Source of the DNA: Pseudoflavonifractor sp. | GTDB lineage: Bacteria; Bacillota; Clostridia; Oscillospirales; Oscillospiraceae | Reading direction: 5' to 3' | Assembly: GCA_047637855.1 (NCBI GenBank) | Contig: JBLJBF010000190.1 | Span: 1 to 45,382 of the forward strand | DNA length: 45,382 nt | Shown: one piece after another, positions 20,001 through 29,200 of the stretch | Position numbering within the stretch: position 1 is the first letter of the stretch | Layout of the letters: the number at the start of each line of letters is the position of its first letter | The notes under the pieces: model-generated | What the model was told of the DNA's origin: nothing | The model's database searches: none | Seen by the model: the letters and a program-made list of their open reading frames with translations, nothing else | Made by a program: the position numbers and the translations under genes

Positions 20001-23000
20001 CCATGATGCCGCAGCGGCCGTTGCCGTTTTTGGAGGTGGTACCCAGGTTCGTAACCTCCAGCCAGCTGATCTCCCAGTAACCGGAGTTCCACAGCTCCAC
20101 GGCACCGCTGAACTTGTAGCTGCCGCCATGGGCACCCTCCACGATATAGGAGGGGACGGTACCCACGGTGCCGTTGCCGTTGATGACAGGGCGTGGGTGG
20201 GTGGCGTTCTCGTTATAGCGGGTGAGAAGAATAGGACGGCTGGCTGAGCCGTTTCCCCTGAGGATTAACTGCTCGTTCCAGGTGCTCTGGGCGTCCAGAT
20301 AGATCCTGTCACCCGGGCGGAAGGTCGTGGCGTTCAGCTTGGCGAAGGTCTTCCAGGCGGTGGAACTGGTCAGGCCGTCATTGCTGTTGTCACCAGAGAG
20401 GAAGGAGACATAGTAGTCCCGCCCGGAAGAAACGACGTCGACGGGAAAGGGATAGGCCGTGCCCTCGAGAGTTAGGGAGAGAGTGTGGACCCCGGTGGTT
20501 AGGCCCACTAAAGCCTCCTTTCTGACGGTGAGGAGCTTGCCCACAGCGGAGTACTGCCCGGAGGCCAGAGGGGTGCCGTTTAAAGTCACGGCAGTGAGAT
20601 CATTCAGGTTGGGGGAGACCTCGACAGTGAGATCGACGGGCTCATTGAGGTCGAAAAGGCCCCGCTCTGTGGTAAAGCTGTACAGAGTGGGCAGGAGGCT
20701 GACGGTGACGCTCTTGGTCTCCGTAATGAGATCGCTGACGGTCGTGGAGGGGGCGAGAATGTACACATCATCGATGAAGTGCTTGCCGTCCACATAGAGC
20801 AGCATATCAGCCTTATCGCCCCAGTTGGTGGCAAAGATGGCTTTGGTAATGGACTTCACACCCGTGACTGTGACGGGTGTCTCGCTACCGTATTGGCAGA
20901 CGGGCTTGCCGTCGATAAAGAGGGTACTGCCGCCTGCGGCCACCTTGATCTCGAACTTGTGCCAGCCGGGGGTGCGCTCGATGTTGGTGCGGTACCAGCG
21001 GCCGGTGCTGACAGCACTGTCGTATGCGCGATAGGTATAAGTGGTGCGGTACTCCGCGCGCTGCGCGCTGGTCAGGTTAACGGATCCCTCCGGCCCTTTA
21101 TCTCCAGTGGTGGAGGGAATGCCAACACCTAAGAAGAGCTGGGGGTAATCGTTGATCATCATGCCGAATTTAGCCTGGTCGGCGTAATCGCGGGTCATCT
21201 CCTCCTCGGTGGCGGGGTCGTAGTACCAGAAGACCAGTGTTCCGGTATTATTGATGTTGGGGGAGAACATGCCATTCTTAACTGTGGCGGCGGGCGTACC
21301 GGCCAGCCGCCCGGCGCGATAGTGGGCCGGAGAATGGGACAGGCTGTACACAGTGTCTGCCGGAATTAGGCTGCCGGGACTTTCCATATTCTCAGTCCAG
21401 AGCAGTTTGTCGAAGGGGTAGTATTTGACCTGGGCCTCGACCGTGACGGTGTCACCAGCCTGGGGGGTGTAGCCGGATTTCATGGCAATCTCACCGGTCT
21501 TCGGGTCGATGGTCACCTTGTCCGCTAGCACGCCGGAGAGGGAGTAGATAAAGTCCTCGATGCCGATGTTGTCGCCCTCGAGAAAGACCCGGGTAGTCTC
21601 ACCCCTATGGAGGCCGCCGTCCACGGTCAGGCGGAGGGCCTGAGATTTCACCTCGCTCAGGGCGGAGGGGGCGGAGTCGAACTTCAGGGTGGCGGTATCG
21701 GCGACGGCGACGACGGTGGCGGTGAAACTCCCCGAGCCGGTGGCGGCCAGAGCCGCACTGGTGGCGGGGGCGCTCACAGTGACCGCACTGCCGGAGACGC
21801 TGCCGTCCTTATAGAGCTGCACGCGGTAGCTCTTGGTGCCGGAGACCGGCTCCCATGTGATGCTGCTGCCCTGCCAGCCCTTGATAACGGGTGCATTAAG
21901 CTTGGCGAGCACGACGGCGGAGGACTTCGCGCTTATGAGACTGTCCAGGCTGTCCGCACCGCCCAGGCGCTGAGCGGTGATGAAATAGGTGCCCACGCCC
22001 AGAGCGCGCAGCTCGGCGAGCAAATTGGTATTGGCCCAGTTGCTGTTGTTGAGGGCAATGGTTTTGTCGACAGTCCTGGCCGCGGTCGCCTCCGCTCCGC
22101 GGTAGATGGTAAGGCGGAAATCGGTGGTCCCGTTGCCGCTGTAAGCGAAGATGACGGAGCCGTCGTCATTCACGGAGGGGGCGGCGGGCGTCTCAGGTCG
22201 GGCAGTGAGCACAGTGAGCTTGGCTACACGGGTGTTGACCGGCCCGTTGACGTTTGTGACGGCGCAGTAGTAGTAAGAGATTCCCGCCGTTAGATCCGTG
22301 AGAGTGAGAGTGGCCGTCTTGGCGCTGGTATTAGTGTCGGGGATGGCCACGCCGTCAGAGCCGCCCTGCGCGCAGGAGTACCACTGATAGGAGAGCGTGC
22401 CCTCGGCGGGGTTGGCTGCGGTGACGGTAAAGACGGCGCTCTCGCCCGCGGCGGCTTTCTGGTCGGCGGGCTGGGCGCTGATGCTCGGTGGATTGAGCAC
22501 GGGCGCGGTGTAATCCACGGGGATGGTGATGGAGACGGTACCGGACTTCGCGGCGGCGCCGGTTTTGACGACCGAGATGTCGTCGAGGAAGTGCTGCATG
22601 TACAAAAAGTTCTTCGTGTTTTCGTAGGAACCCTTATTATTTGAAATGGAGATGCTAGAGATACTGGTAGGGGCACTCTCCTCATTGACAGAAATTCCAT
22701 CAATAGACATTTTAATGCCACTAGATGTTACTTCCCAGACCAGTTTGTGCCACCCTTCATTACGGGCAACACCAGAGGTTGCCCAGGTATTGGCGGATGT
22801 TTTACGCGCAATATAGCTTTCATTTCCCTTTAAAGCCTCTTTACCAGAGATAAGGGCGACTCCCATAAAATAGGAAGCGGGATTACCCTCGGCCGGGCTG
22901 GGAGTCGTGGGGGTATTCATATGCAAACCAAACTGGGTTTCACTGCCGGTAGCCGCACTACCGTCCATTTTTTTCTCAACTTCAGCTTTGGTAAGGGCAT

Positions 23001-23634
23001 CATAATACCATGCAGTGATAATTCCGGTGGTAGCCGTGGGCAGAACGTACCTAGGGGCGCCATTCTTAACGCTTGATTCCGTGGTGATTCCATATCTTCC
23101 GGTGCGTGCCACCTGTGGAAGGCGGCTAGTTTGTCCAGGGGTGACTACCGAGCTATCCGCGATGGTATATTTCCAGCCCTTATCTGCAGTACCACCTTCG
23201 GTAAACCGTTTCGTGGTGCTCGCCACATTATCCGCAAAAATTACGTCATCGCCGTCGTAGTAACTCACGCCGGCAGTGACGGTGAGCGTTTCGCCCTCGA
23301 TGGGGGTGGCGCCGGTCTTGAGGGTCAGGTAGCCGTACTGGTCGATGGCGTAGCGGTCCGCCCCGGTACCCTTGTCGCTGGTGACGGTATAGCTGAAAGT
23401 GTCCACCACGGCGGTATTGTCGGCAATATCCAGCCAGACCCGCTCTGCGGGGGCGGTAGTGGGGGTCCATTTGCCACCGGAGCCGGGTGTGAAATTCAGC
23501 GATATGGGGGTACTGTCAAGCGTTTTGGAAATGTCCGCCGCCGACGCGGGGGCGACCCCCGCCAGCGACGGCAGAAGGAGCGCTCCGGTAAGCGCCAGGG
23601 ACAGCAGCCGTCTGGTTATGCGAAAGTGCTTCAT
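17047..23634 (-). CDS. Large SLH-anchored multidomain glycanase: 2 LamG-like modules, Ig-like domains, X2, GH136-like right-handed beta-helix, 3 InlB-B repeats, SLH
   Basis: Signal peptide after AGAGGAG RBS; 'YYVSFLSGDNSNDG...AWKT...PGDRIYL', 'NDGEAWDID...YQYNYSHHNAGG'; 'FAGWNTKADGSG' repeats; C-terminal SLH 'GAFAPQSSMSRAMFAT'. Confidence 0.8.
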   Translation of the reverse strand: MKHFRITRRLLSLALTGALLLPSLAGVAPASAADISKTLDSTPISLNFTPGSGGKWTPTTAPAERVWLDIADNTAVVDTFSYTVTSDKGTGADRYAIDQYGYLTLKTGATPIEGETLTVTAGVSYYDGDDVIFADNVASTTKRFTEGGTADKGWKYTIADSSVVTPGQTSRLPQVARTGRYGITTESSVKNGAPRYVLPTATTGIITAWYYDALTKAEVEKKMDGSAATGSETQFGLHMNTPTTPSPAEGNPASYFMGVALISGKEALKGNESYIARKTSANTWATSGVARNEGWHKLVWEVTSSGIKMSIDGISVNEESAPTSISSISISNNKGSYENTKNFLYMQHFLDDISVVKTGAAAKSGTVSITIPVDYTAPVLNPPSISAQPADQKAAAGESAVFTVTAANPAEGTLSYQWYSCAQGGSDGVAIPDTNTSAKTATLTLTDLTAGISYYYCAVTNVNGPVNTRVAKLTVLTARPETPAAPSVNDDGSVIFAYSGNGTTDFRLTIYRGAEATAARTVDKTIALNNSNWANTNLLAELRALGVGTYFITAQRLGGADSLDSLISAKSSAVVLAKLNAPVIKGWQGSSITWEPVSGTKSYRVQLYKDGSVSGSAVTVSAPATSAALAATGSGSFTATVVAVADTATLKFDSAPSALSEVKSQALRLTVDGGLHRGETTRVFLEGDNIGIEDFIYSLSGVLADKVTIDPKTGEIAMKSGYTPQAGDTVTVEAQVKYYPFDKLLWTENMESPGSLIPADTVYSLSHSPAHYRAGRLAGTPAATVKNGMFSPNINNTGTLVFWYYDPATEEEMTRDYADQAKFGMMINDYPQLFLGVGIPSTTGDKGPEGSVNLTSAQRAEYRTTYTYRAYDSAVSTGRWYRTNIERTPGWHKFEIKVAAGGSTLFIDGKPVCQYGSETPVTVTGVKSITKAIFATNWGDKADMLLYVDGKHFIDDVYILAPSTTVSDLITETKSVTVSLLPTLYSFTTERGLFDLNEPVDLTVEVSPNLNDLTAVTLNGTPLASGQYSAVGKLLTVRKEALVGLTTGVHTLSLTLEGTAYPFPVDVVSSGRDYYVSFLSGDNSNDGLTSSTAWKTFAKLNATTFRPGDRIYLDAQSTWNEQLILRGNGSASRPILLTRYNENATHPRPVINGNGTVGTVPSYIVEGAHGGSYKFSGAVELWNSGYWEISWLEVTNLGTTSKNGNGRCGIMVMNEWAYEGDTTQQTKNFYGSRKDHVYITDCYVHDVNGLFQGASDINGVGGTKHSGGIIGYGYLADFQVERCRISKVDIEGIRTTLFHPQGTQNAASYPADLATNTVFRNNFIDKLHGDAMVIAGGVGSVMEYNVGTTLGRSYVSKKDNSNYVPGEEPVNLDTSKNFAAIWFMGCKNSLAQYNECYDTQYFTPNDGEAWDIDMQSDNCVYQYNYSHHNAGGCILFMNSGCTNNIFRYNLSIEDGGTDYNPHTLFFVVAGGSSSSNYPLVYNNIFTISEKVKALIDGSNRETKFLHFQNNIILAAEGITNRPKFYDATYPGTASGGTSNKISGGEFTNNIIWPQSLYDSFAPDLTKGVLSERNQVIDPGLVSTDRTAIPVLAQAWLNAGKEGDVVGVILSDNNWFDENVNSVLGGYKLKQDSPAINAGVKVPYWPGVKAENRFPLTRDFFGNAIDEADPDWTPDIGIHEFSPSVPEGSFKVTFHKNGGDTEATPSALVVESGKTVAELPVAPTRPEYIFDGWNTREDGSGSAFTSETSVVANLTVYAQWKPLHYTYIVTFDKNGGDTEANPATKAISEPATILGSLPAAPTRADYAFAGWNTKADGSGSVFTVSTKVTGSITVYAQWKPIGAFTVVYDRNGGDTEASPTFQIVAPPNTTVGTLPSAPTRDGYSFTGWNTEKFGTGAAFNANTTVTANFTVYAQWRVKTTEPTGPSETTGGSTTPKPTENPNISISSSEGGQAKSTLNKDGSTTYTFTAEAGKSLLYLRVNGLPVNAVSYTVPKNAAASIVAIFGDSGTDHTQNYADTADLPDYQASAVNYVVGSGLFQGLSDGAFAPQSSMSRAMFATVAARLYGADTSKHTGSFSDVADGAWYAGSVAWTTEMGFTTGISATKFAPERDMTRQELVTLLYRLAHKAGADMTVTGDLTAFSDAGNVAAWASDAMAWAVGLGLVKGRGDMLAPGGTITRVEAAIILERMSILLVKG
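17890..18570 (-). repeat. Three tandem InlB B-repeat (Listeria-Bacteroides) units of about 77 aa
   Basis: 'NGGDTEA.P...LP.APTR..Y.F.GWNT...G.G..F...T.V....TVYAQW' x3; DNA CCTCGGTGTCGCCGCC recurs near 18070, 18300 and 18531. Confidence 0.85.
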
Positions 23635-23752
23635 GTGATCCTCTCCTCTTTTCGTAATGGCCTGTATCAAAATTGGGCAATGAGATTCCAATTATCGCTA
23701 TTTTACAGGCAGGGGGTGGTTTCCGTAAATGGACGAATCACTACCATGCCGC

Positions 23753-23768
23753 TTATAAAATTCTACAC
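23753..23768. promoter_or_regulatory. Candidate response-regulator binding site, copy 2
   Basis: TTATAAAATTCTACAC, 14/16 identical to 13871-13886. Confidence 0.5.
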
Positions 23769-23829
23769 AATCTAGAAAAAGCACATTTCTCGAAAAATTT
23801 TTCGAGAAATGTGCTTTTTCTAGATTGTG
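23766..23829. repeat. Perfect 64-bp spacerless palindrome
   Basis: CACAATCTAGAAAAAGCACATTTCTCGAAAAA|TTTTTCGAGAAATGTGCTTTTTCTAGATTGTG. Confidence 0.95.
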
Positions 23830-23831
23830 GG

Positions 23832-24797
23832 TCAGCCTAAAATCTGCTGTACATAGAGGGCCTGGTCAATTTCCACCTTGGCGTTGGCAGCCCGCGCCGC
23901 AATCAAATCATAGAGGGCCGACTCCTGGCAGAGGGCGGTGAGCTGGGCCTGGATACTTTCATCTCCGAAGGAGAGCAGTGTTCCGGGGGTAACCGAGAGG
24001 AGGGTCACATCAGCCGCCCGGCCGTCCATACTCATCCCCGTCAGTGTGTCACCGGGGGAGAGCTCTTCCAGCATGGAGAGGAGAGTGGCTCCCGCTGCGT
24101 CCTCCTTGTGCACAATCTCGGACGATACCACACGCTCCTCTGAGAAGCCGTCGGCGTAGACGAACTGGCAGAGGTAGGAGGGGAGTGTAGTGAAGTAGCC
24201 GGGGTTATCGTTGTAGAACGTGCGTAGCTCCTCGAGGGTGGGGGTGTAGAACGTCATCTGGGAGCGAGTCAGCTTGCCCCAGCGCTGAGCTCGGACGTAG
24301 GCGTAGTAGGTGGCGCTGTCATACTGGGTGAGGCCGTAAAAGATCTCGCCCGTTTTCAGCTTTTCTGCACGCTCGGCGTTGGTCCTCTCCATGTCGGCCA
24401 TCAGCGCCTCATAGCTGATGTCGTCCACAAGCCCCCGCTCTTTGAGCAGAATGGCCTCGGTCTTTGCACGCACCAGCTCCTGCAGGGCGGCCTCCCTGGC
24501 GTACTGATTGGGGGTCTGACCGTCGAACTCCCGATCCCAGAATCCGGCGTCGATTTCAGCGCCGTACTTCTGGCCGAAATAGGCAGCGGTGAGGGCGCGC
24601 TCATCAAGCAGGAAGAGCTGGAATTCCTCCACAGGGACGCCATAGCCGTCCACCGTGAGAACTGCGCCCGCCCCGGGCTGCTCGGGGGTGGGGGAAGGAC
24701 TGGCGGCGCTATCCGGGCGGCAGCCGCCCAATAGCAGCAGGCCCAGGGCCAGGATAGCAGTCAGCACCGCTGCCTTTCGCATGCAATTGAGAGCCAT
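23832..24797 (-). CDS. Lipoprotein with SurA-N/LnbY-like helical chaperone domain
   Basis: Lipobox LGGC; 'VLTVDGYGVPVEEF', 'FWDREFDGQTP...AREAALQEL', 'NAERAEKLKTGEIFYGLTQY', C-terminal 'AANAKVEID'. Confidence 0.7.
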   Translation of the reverse strand: MALNCMRKAAVLTAILALGLLLLGGCRPDSAASPSPTPEQPGAGAVLTVDGYGVPVEEFQLFLLDERALTAAYFGQKYGAEIDAGFWDREFDGQTPNQYAREAALQELVRAKTEAILLKERGLVDDISYEALMADMERTNAERAEKLKTGEIFYGLTQYDSATYYAYVRAQRWGKLTRSQMTFYTPTLEELRTFYNDNPGYFTTLPSYLCQFVYADGFSEERVVSSEIVHKEDAAGATLLSMLEELSPGDTLTGMSMDGRAADVTLLSVTPGTLLSFGDESIQAQLTALCQESALYDLIAARAANAKVEIDQALYVQQILG

Positions 24798-24835
24798 GGA
24801 TATCCTCCAAAATAAGTGATTGATTATATTATTCC

Positions 24836-24879
24836 ATTATAATGAGGGCCCAGGCCGGTGTAAATATACGATTCTACGG
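24836..24879 (-). promoter_or_regulatory. Sigma-A promoter plus abutting candidate regulator site, copy 3
   Basis: TTTACA (24859-24864)-17 bp-TATAAT (24836-24841); ATATACGATTCTACGG at 24864-24879. Confidence 0.65.
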
Positions 24880-25063
24880 AACAGAGCATAAAAAATAATA
24901 GCCCTGTTGAATATTAATAGATTCCGTTCAAAGCGGAAGGAATGTTCTAGAAAAATACCATAAAAGTAGAGTCTTGTCCATTTCCAAACGGAATAGGTTT
25001 TGGGATAATTGTCCTGCAATGGCCGGAGAAACTTGAAACCGGTAAGGTAGGAGGAAAAATAGT

Positions 25064-26197
25064 ATGAGGAAAAGAGCAGAGAGAAGTTCCCTATCCGCTT
25101 TCGTGAGCCTGCTGCTGACGCTCAGCATACTGCTTGGCGTCTGCGCAGCACCCGCGCTGGCCCAGGGAGCGGACACCACAGACAAGAACATTTTGATCTA
25201 TACGCTCCAGGTGGCCCAGCGGGCCGTAAACGACGGCACCGCAGACAGGCTGGTGCCTGCGGTAAAGACGGAGTTCCTCGCCGCCAAAACTGCCGCCGAG
25301 ATGGTCTGCGCCAAGCCCGATGCTACCAGAGAAGAGATCCAGCAGAGCTATCAGGCATTGCAGGAGGCTGTCTGGAAGCTCTCCTATATCAGCGCGGATA
25401 AAGCGGCTCTGCTGGCCGCCATTGTCAGTGCCGAGTCCACTGACCTCACCGGCTACGGCAGCGCCAAGGTGCAGGCGGTGCAAAACACCTTGGCTGCAGC
25501 AAAGAAGCTGGCCGCGGACGAGACGCTGACCGTCGAGAGTCAGGCCGCGGTGGACACCGCGGTCAAGGGCCTAAAGGCTGCCCTTGAAAACCTGGGGAAG
25601 AGTGAGGAAACTGCCGGCGGCGACAATGGCGGCGTCGCAAAACCTGAGAAACCCGCCGAATCCAGCAAGCCCGCCGGGGATAGACCTGTCGCAGAGCGAT
25701 TCACAGACATTCAGGCCGATGCCTGGTATATCCGCGACGTGCAGTATGTAGTGGACAGCGGCCTGATGCAGGGCACTGGCGGCGACTTTGCTCCAGAAAT
25801 ACATATGTCCCGTGCCATGATGATGACCGTCCTCTACCGCATGGCGGACGTGCCCGGTCAGGCGGCCACCGGCAGTGCCTGGTACGCCGTACCGATGGCC
25901 TGGGCCGTGGGCGAGGGTATCAGCGACGGCAGCAGCCCTGAGAGCAACATTACTCGCGAGCAGATTGCGGCACTCCTCTTCCGGTATGCCAGGGCCAAGG
26001 CTGGAACCGGAGACCTTTCCGCCTTCCGGGACGGGGACAGCGTCTCCGCCTGGGCACGGACAGCCATGACTTGGGCGGTGGAGCAGGGGGTCTTCCGCGG
26101 CAGGGCAGGGAATCTTCTCGACCCCCAGGGACCCGCCTCCCGGGCTGAGGTGGCCGCAGTGCTGGCACGGTTCGACCAGATGAGCAAGAAAAATTAA
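25064..26197 (+). CDS. Secreted non-catalytic protein: 2 FIVAR-like helical repeats plus SLH domains
   Basis: Signal peptide ending ALA; 'DKAALLAAIVSAE...YGSAK...LAAAK...QAAVDTAVKGLKAALENL'; SLH 'FTDIQADAWY...GLMQG...FAPEIHMSRAM'. Confidence 0.85.
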   Translation: MRKRAERSSLSAFVSLLLTLSILLGVCAAPALAQGADTTDKNILIYTLQVAQRAVNDGTADRLVPAVKTEFLAAKTAAEMVCAKPDATREEIQQSYQALQEAVWKLSYISADKAALLAAIVSAESTDLTGYGSAKVQAVQNTLAAAKKLAADETLTVESQAAVDTAVKGLKAALENLGKSEETAGGDNGGVAKPEKPAESSKPAGDRPVAERFTDIQADAWYIRDVQYVVDSGLMQGTGGDFAPEIHMSRAMMMTVLYRMADVPGQAATGSAWYAVPMAWAVGEGISDGSSPESNITREQIAALLFRYARAKAGTGDLSAFRDGDSVSAWARTAMTWAVEQGVFRGRAGNLLDPQGPASRAEVAAVLARFDQMSKKN

Positions 26198-26210
26198 GGA
26201 GGGATACTTT

Positions 26211-29200
26211 GTGAAAGTGAGAAAATGGCTCTCGGGCTTTATGGCCCTCATGATGGCCCTGTCTATCGTCGTCCACCCTGTCGCCGGGGCAGAAACCGGT
26301 ACCCAACAGGGGGAACCGGCCCTCAACCCTGCCTTTGGATTCGAAAATGACTTGCTGCTCCATACCACGTTTGACACCGATACTGTGGAGGGTACTACTG
26401 TAAAGGATCTCTCGGGGAAAAACCACAACGGTACGCTCACGGGTCCCCTCCAGCTTGTGCCCGGCATCTCGGGCAACGCTGTGATGTTCACCGGCCAGAG
26501 CGTGGCGGGGTCAGACGGCACGAAGGGCGACCGTTATGTGGACTACGGCAAGAGCGCCGGGATCATTCCCGCGACGGAGAACTTTACCGTATCGGTGTGG
26601 TTTAAGTCCATTGGGCAGGCCACCAGCAACGCCTGTCTGCTCGGCAACAAAGACTATAGCTCCGGAGGCAACCCGGGTTTCGTGTTCGGCATTGTCGGCA
26701 CGGGCCGGGAGCTGGCCTACAATTATGCGGATGCCGCGAAGAAAGCCGTTGAGATGGCCCCGGGAAAGGGGACCAGCTACCCCAAAATGCTCGGCGTGGT
26801 CAAGGACAGCAAATGGCACCATCTGGCCTGTACGTTTGATCGCAAGGGGAACATGATTGGCTATGTAGACGGGCAGGAGGCTGGACGGATTTCGATTTCC
26901 GAGTATCAGGACAGCATTGACGCGGGGCTGAATCTGGTTCTCGGCGCTGGCGGCAACTATACGAATGCCGCCAGCAACTGCTATATGGACGAGCTGCGCG
27001 TCTACAGCGGCGCGTTGAGTGCCGCCAACGTCAACGAACTCTATCAGGAGTTCGCCGGGAGCCTGTGGGCGGAAAAAGAACTGGTAGATATGCAGGCAGT
27101 GGTGGCGACCCTGAGGCCCTCGGTGTTATTCCCCCAGACGGCCATCACCGCCATGAGGGACAAGCTGAACACAGCAGCTGCCGCCGCCGCGGAGGGCAGC
27201 CTCACCGCACAGCAGATCAGTGACCTGACGGCGGAGTACGCAGCCTTCTGCGACGGCTCCGAGCCCCTCGCCAGTTTCCATGTGATTACCGACGTCCATG
27301 TAAGCACGTCTGCGGACGCCAACGCACAGGGCTACGTCGCCGCCATGGAGGGCATGAAGGACCTCAACGCCGACACTACCATCGCCTTTGTGAACATCGG
27401 CGACAACACCCAGTCGGGCCAGGCGAGCGAGTACAACGCCTTTTATCAGCTCACCGCCGCTAAGAAACCTGTCGACGACGCGCAAACCCTCATTTTAATG
27501 GGTAACCACGATGTGCGTGGGGCGGATGTCGGCGGCAACTGGAATGCCGACCCCAGCGACCCGACTAAGTTCCCCTACTGGGCGACCGCAAAGAATCTCT
27601 ACATTACCAACAACGCCCCCTATATGCCCGAGTCGGCCCGGACTACCCTCTACCACACCAAGGAGCTGGACGGATATACGTTCATCATGCTCAATACCGA
27701 GCTGGGTTTGAAGGACGCCATGTATATGTCCGACGCGCAGCTCGCGTGGTTTGAGCAGACCATGAAGGAGGCGTATGAAAAAGACCCCACGAAACCCATC
27801 TTCATCATCTCCCATCAGGCTCTGAACGACACCCACTGGCGCAGCAATACCCTCAATGGGTTTGACGGCGTCCAGACCGACGGCACCGGCTATCCCTACC
27901 AGACTGGCAAAGACTGGGCGGTCAAGGCGGTCATGGCCAAATATCCCAACGGCATATTCCTCTCGGGCCACATCCACAACGGGTTCGGCGTGGCCTCGGT
28001 CGTACCCCGGGCCTACGGCGTCAATGTGGACGTTCCCTCCCTCAATGAGACAGAAAATGGCGTGCGGGACAGGGGTGTTGGCTATGAGGTCATGATCTAC
28101 GGTGGCTATGTGGCTTTCCGCGCCCGCAATTTCATCACGAACACTTGGCTGCCCCAGTACGATGTGGTCATCCCAGTGGGTGGGAACGGATATCCCCAGC
28201 TGATTCAAAAGTTGGAGGAACCCATGAGCAGCCTCGAATGGTACAGTAAGGCGGACGAGGCAAAACTGCAGGGGGCCTTCGGCGCGGTTTGGGGCGCAGT
28301 AAACCGCTACTATAATCAGGCAGGGATTTCCTATAAAGAGGCACCCCCCAAGGAGCTGATCTTCACCCCCGGCCAGTTGGCCGACCTGTCCGTCCAGGCG
28401 GACGCGGCTTGGGAGAATATCGGCCTGCTTGACGCCGTTACCAGGCTGCCCAAACCCCGCCCGAATTCCTTTGACGAGCTGCGTGAGGCGTGGCGCGCTT
28501 ATCTCCTGGGCGGCACAGGGACAGACCTGGACCTCACCGACCCCGCGGTAGATGCCTACGTGCAGGGCCTCAATGTAGAGGCCAGCGCGTATTGGAACGC
28601 CCTCATCCGGAGCAGCCAGCCCCGCACCAGCTACATCTTCCCTGACCTCGACATGACTCAGCTCAGTGGCAGCGGCACCACGCAGAACCAGCGCAGCGCC
28701 AACATCGTCACCACCCTTTCCCGTCTGCGCATGCTGGCCCTCGCCTGGGCTACCAAGGGCTGTGATCTCTATCAGGGCGACTATGTCCGCGACGAGATCA
28801 TCAGCGCCACCGACTATGTGGTGAATAACTATTACAAGCTGGGTAAGTACACCAATCGGGGCGCTCCCGGCAACTGGTACCACTGGGAGATCTCCGCCCC
28901 CGCCAATCTTGGCAACATCGCCATGGTGATGTACGACGTGCTAGGCAGCGAGCGGGTTGCCCTCTACGGGAAGACCATCCAGTATTATGCCCCAGGCTGC
29001 GATGTGCAGGGGCCCAATTCCCCCGGCCCTGTGATGACGGGCGGAAACCTGCTCCTGAAAGCCAACGGCGTTGCCCAGGCGGGCATCCTGCTGAAAAGCG
29101 GCGATATGCTTGAAAATGTGCGCAGGGGCGTCAAGGCCGTCATCTCCAGCTACAACGATCCCGCAATGATGTTCTCCACCGGAAACCCCGGCGACGGCTT

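Noticed and set aside
16945-20247. 485-aa and 564-aa plus-strand ORFs
   Set aside because: Antisense shadows of the large SLH gene
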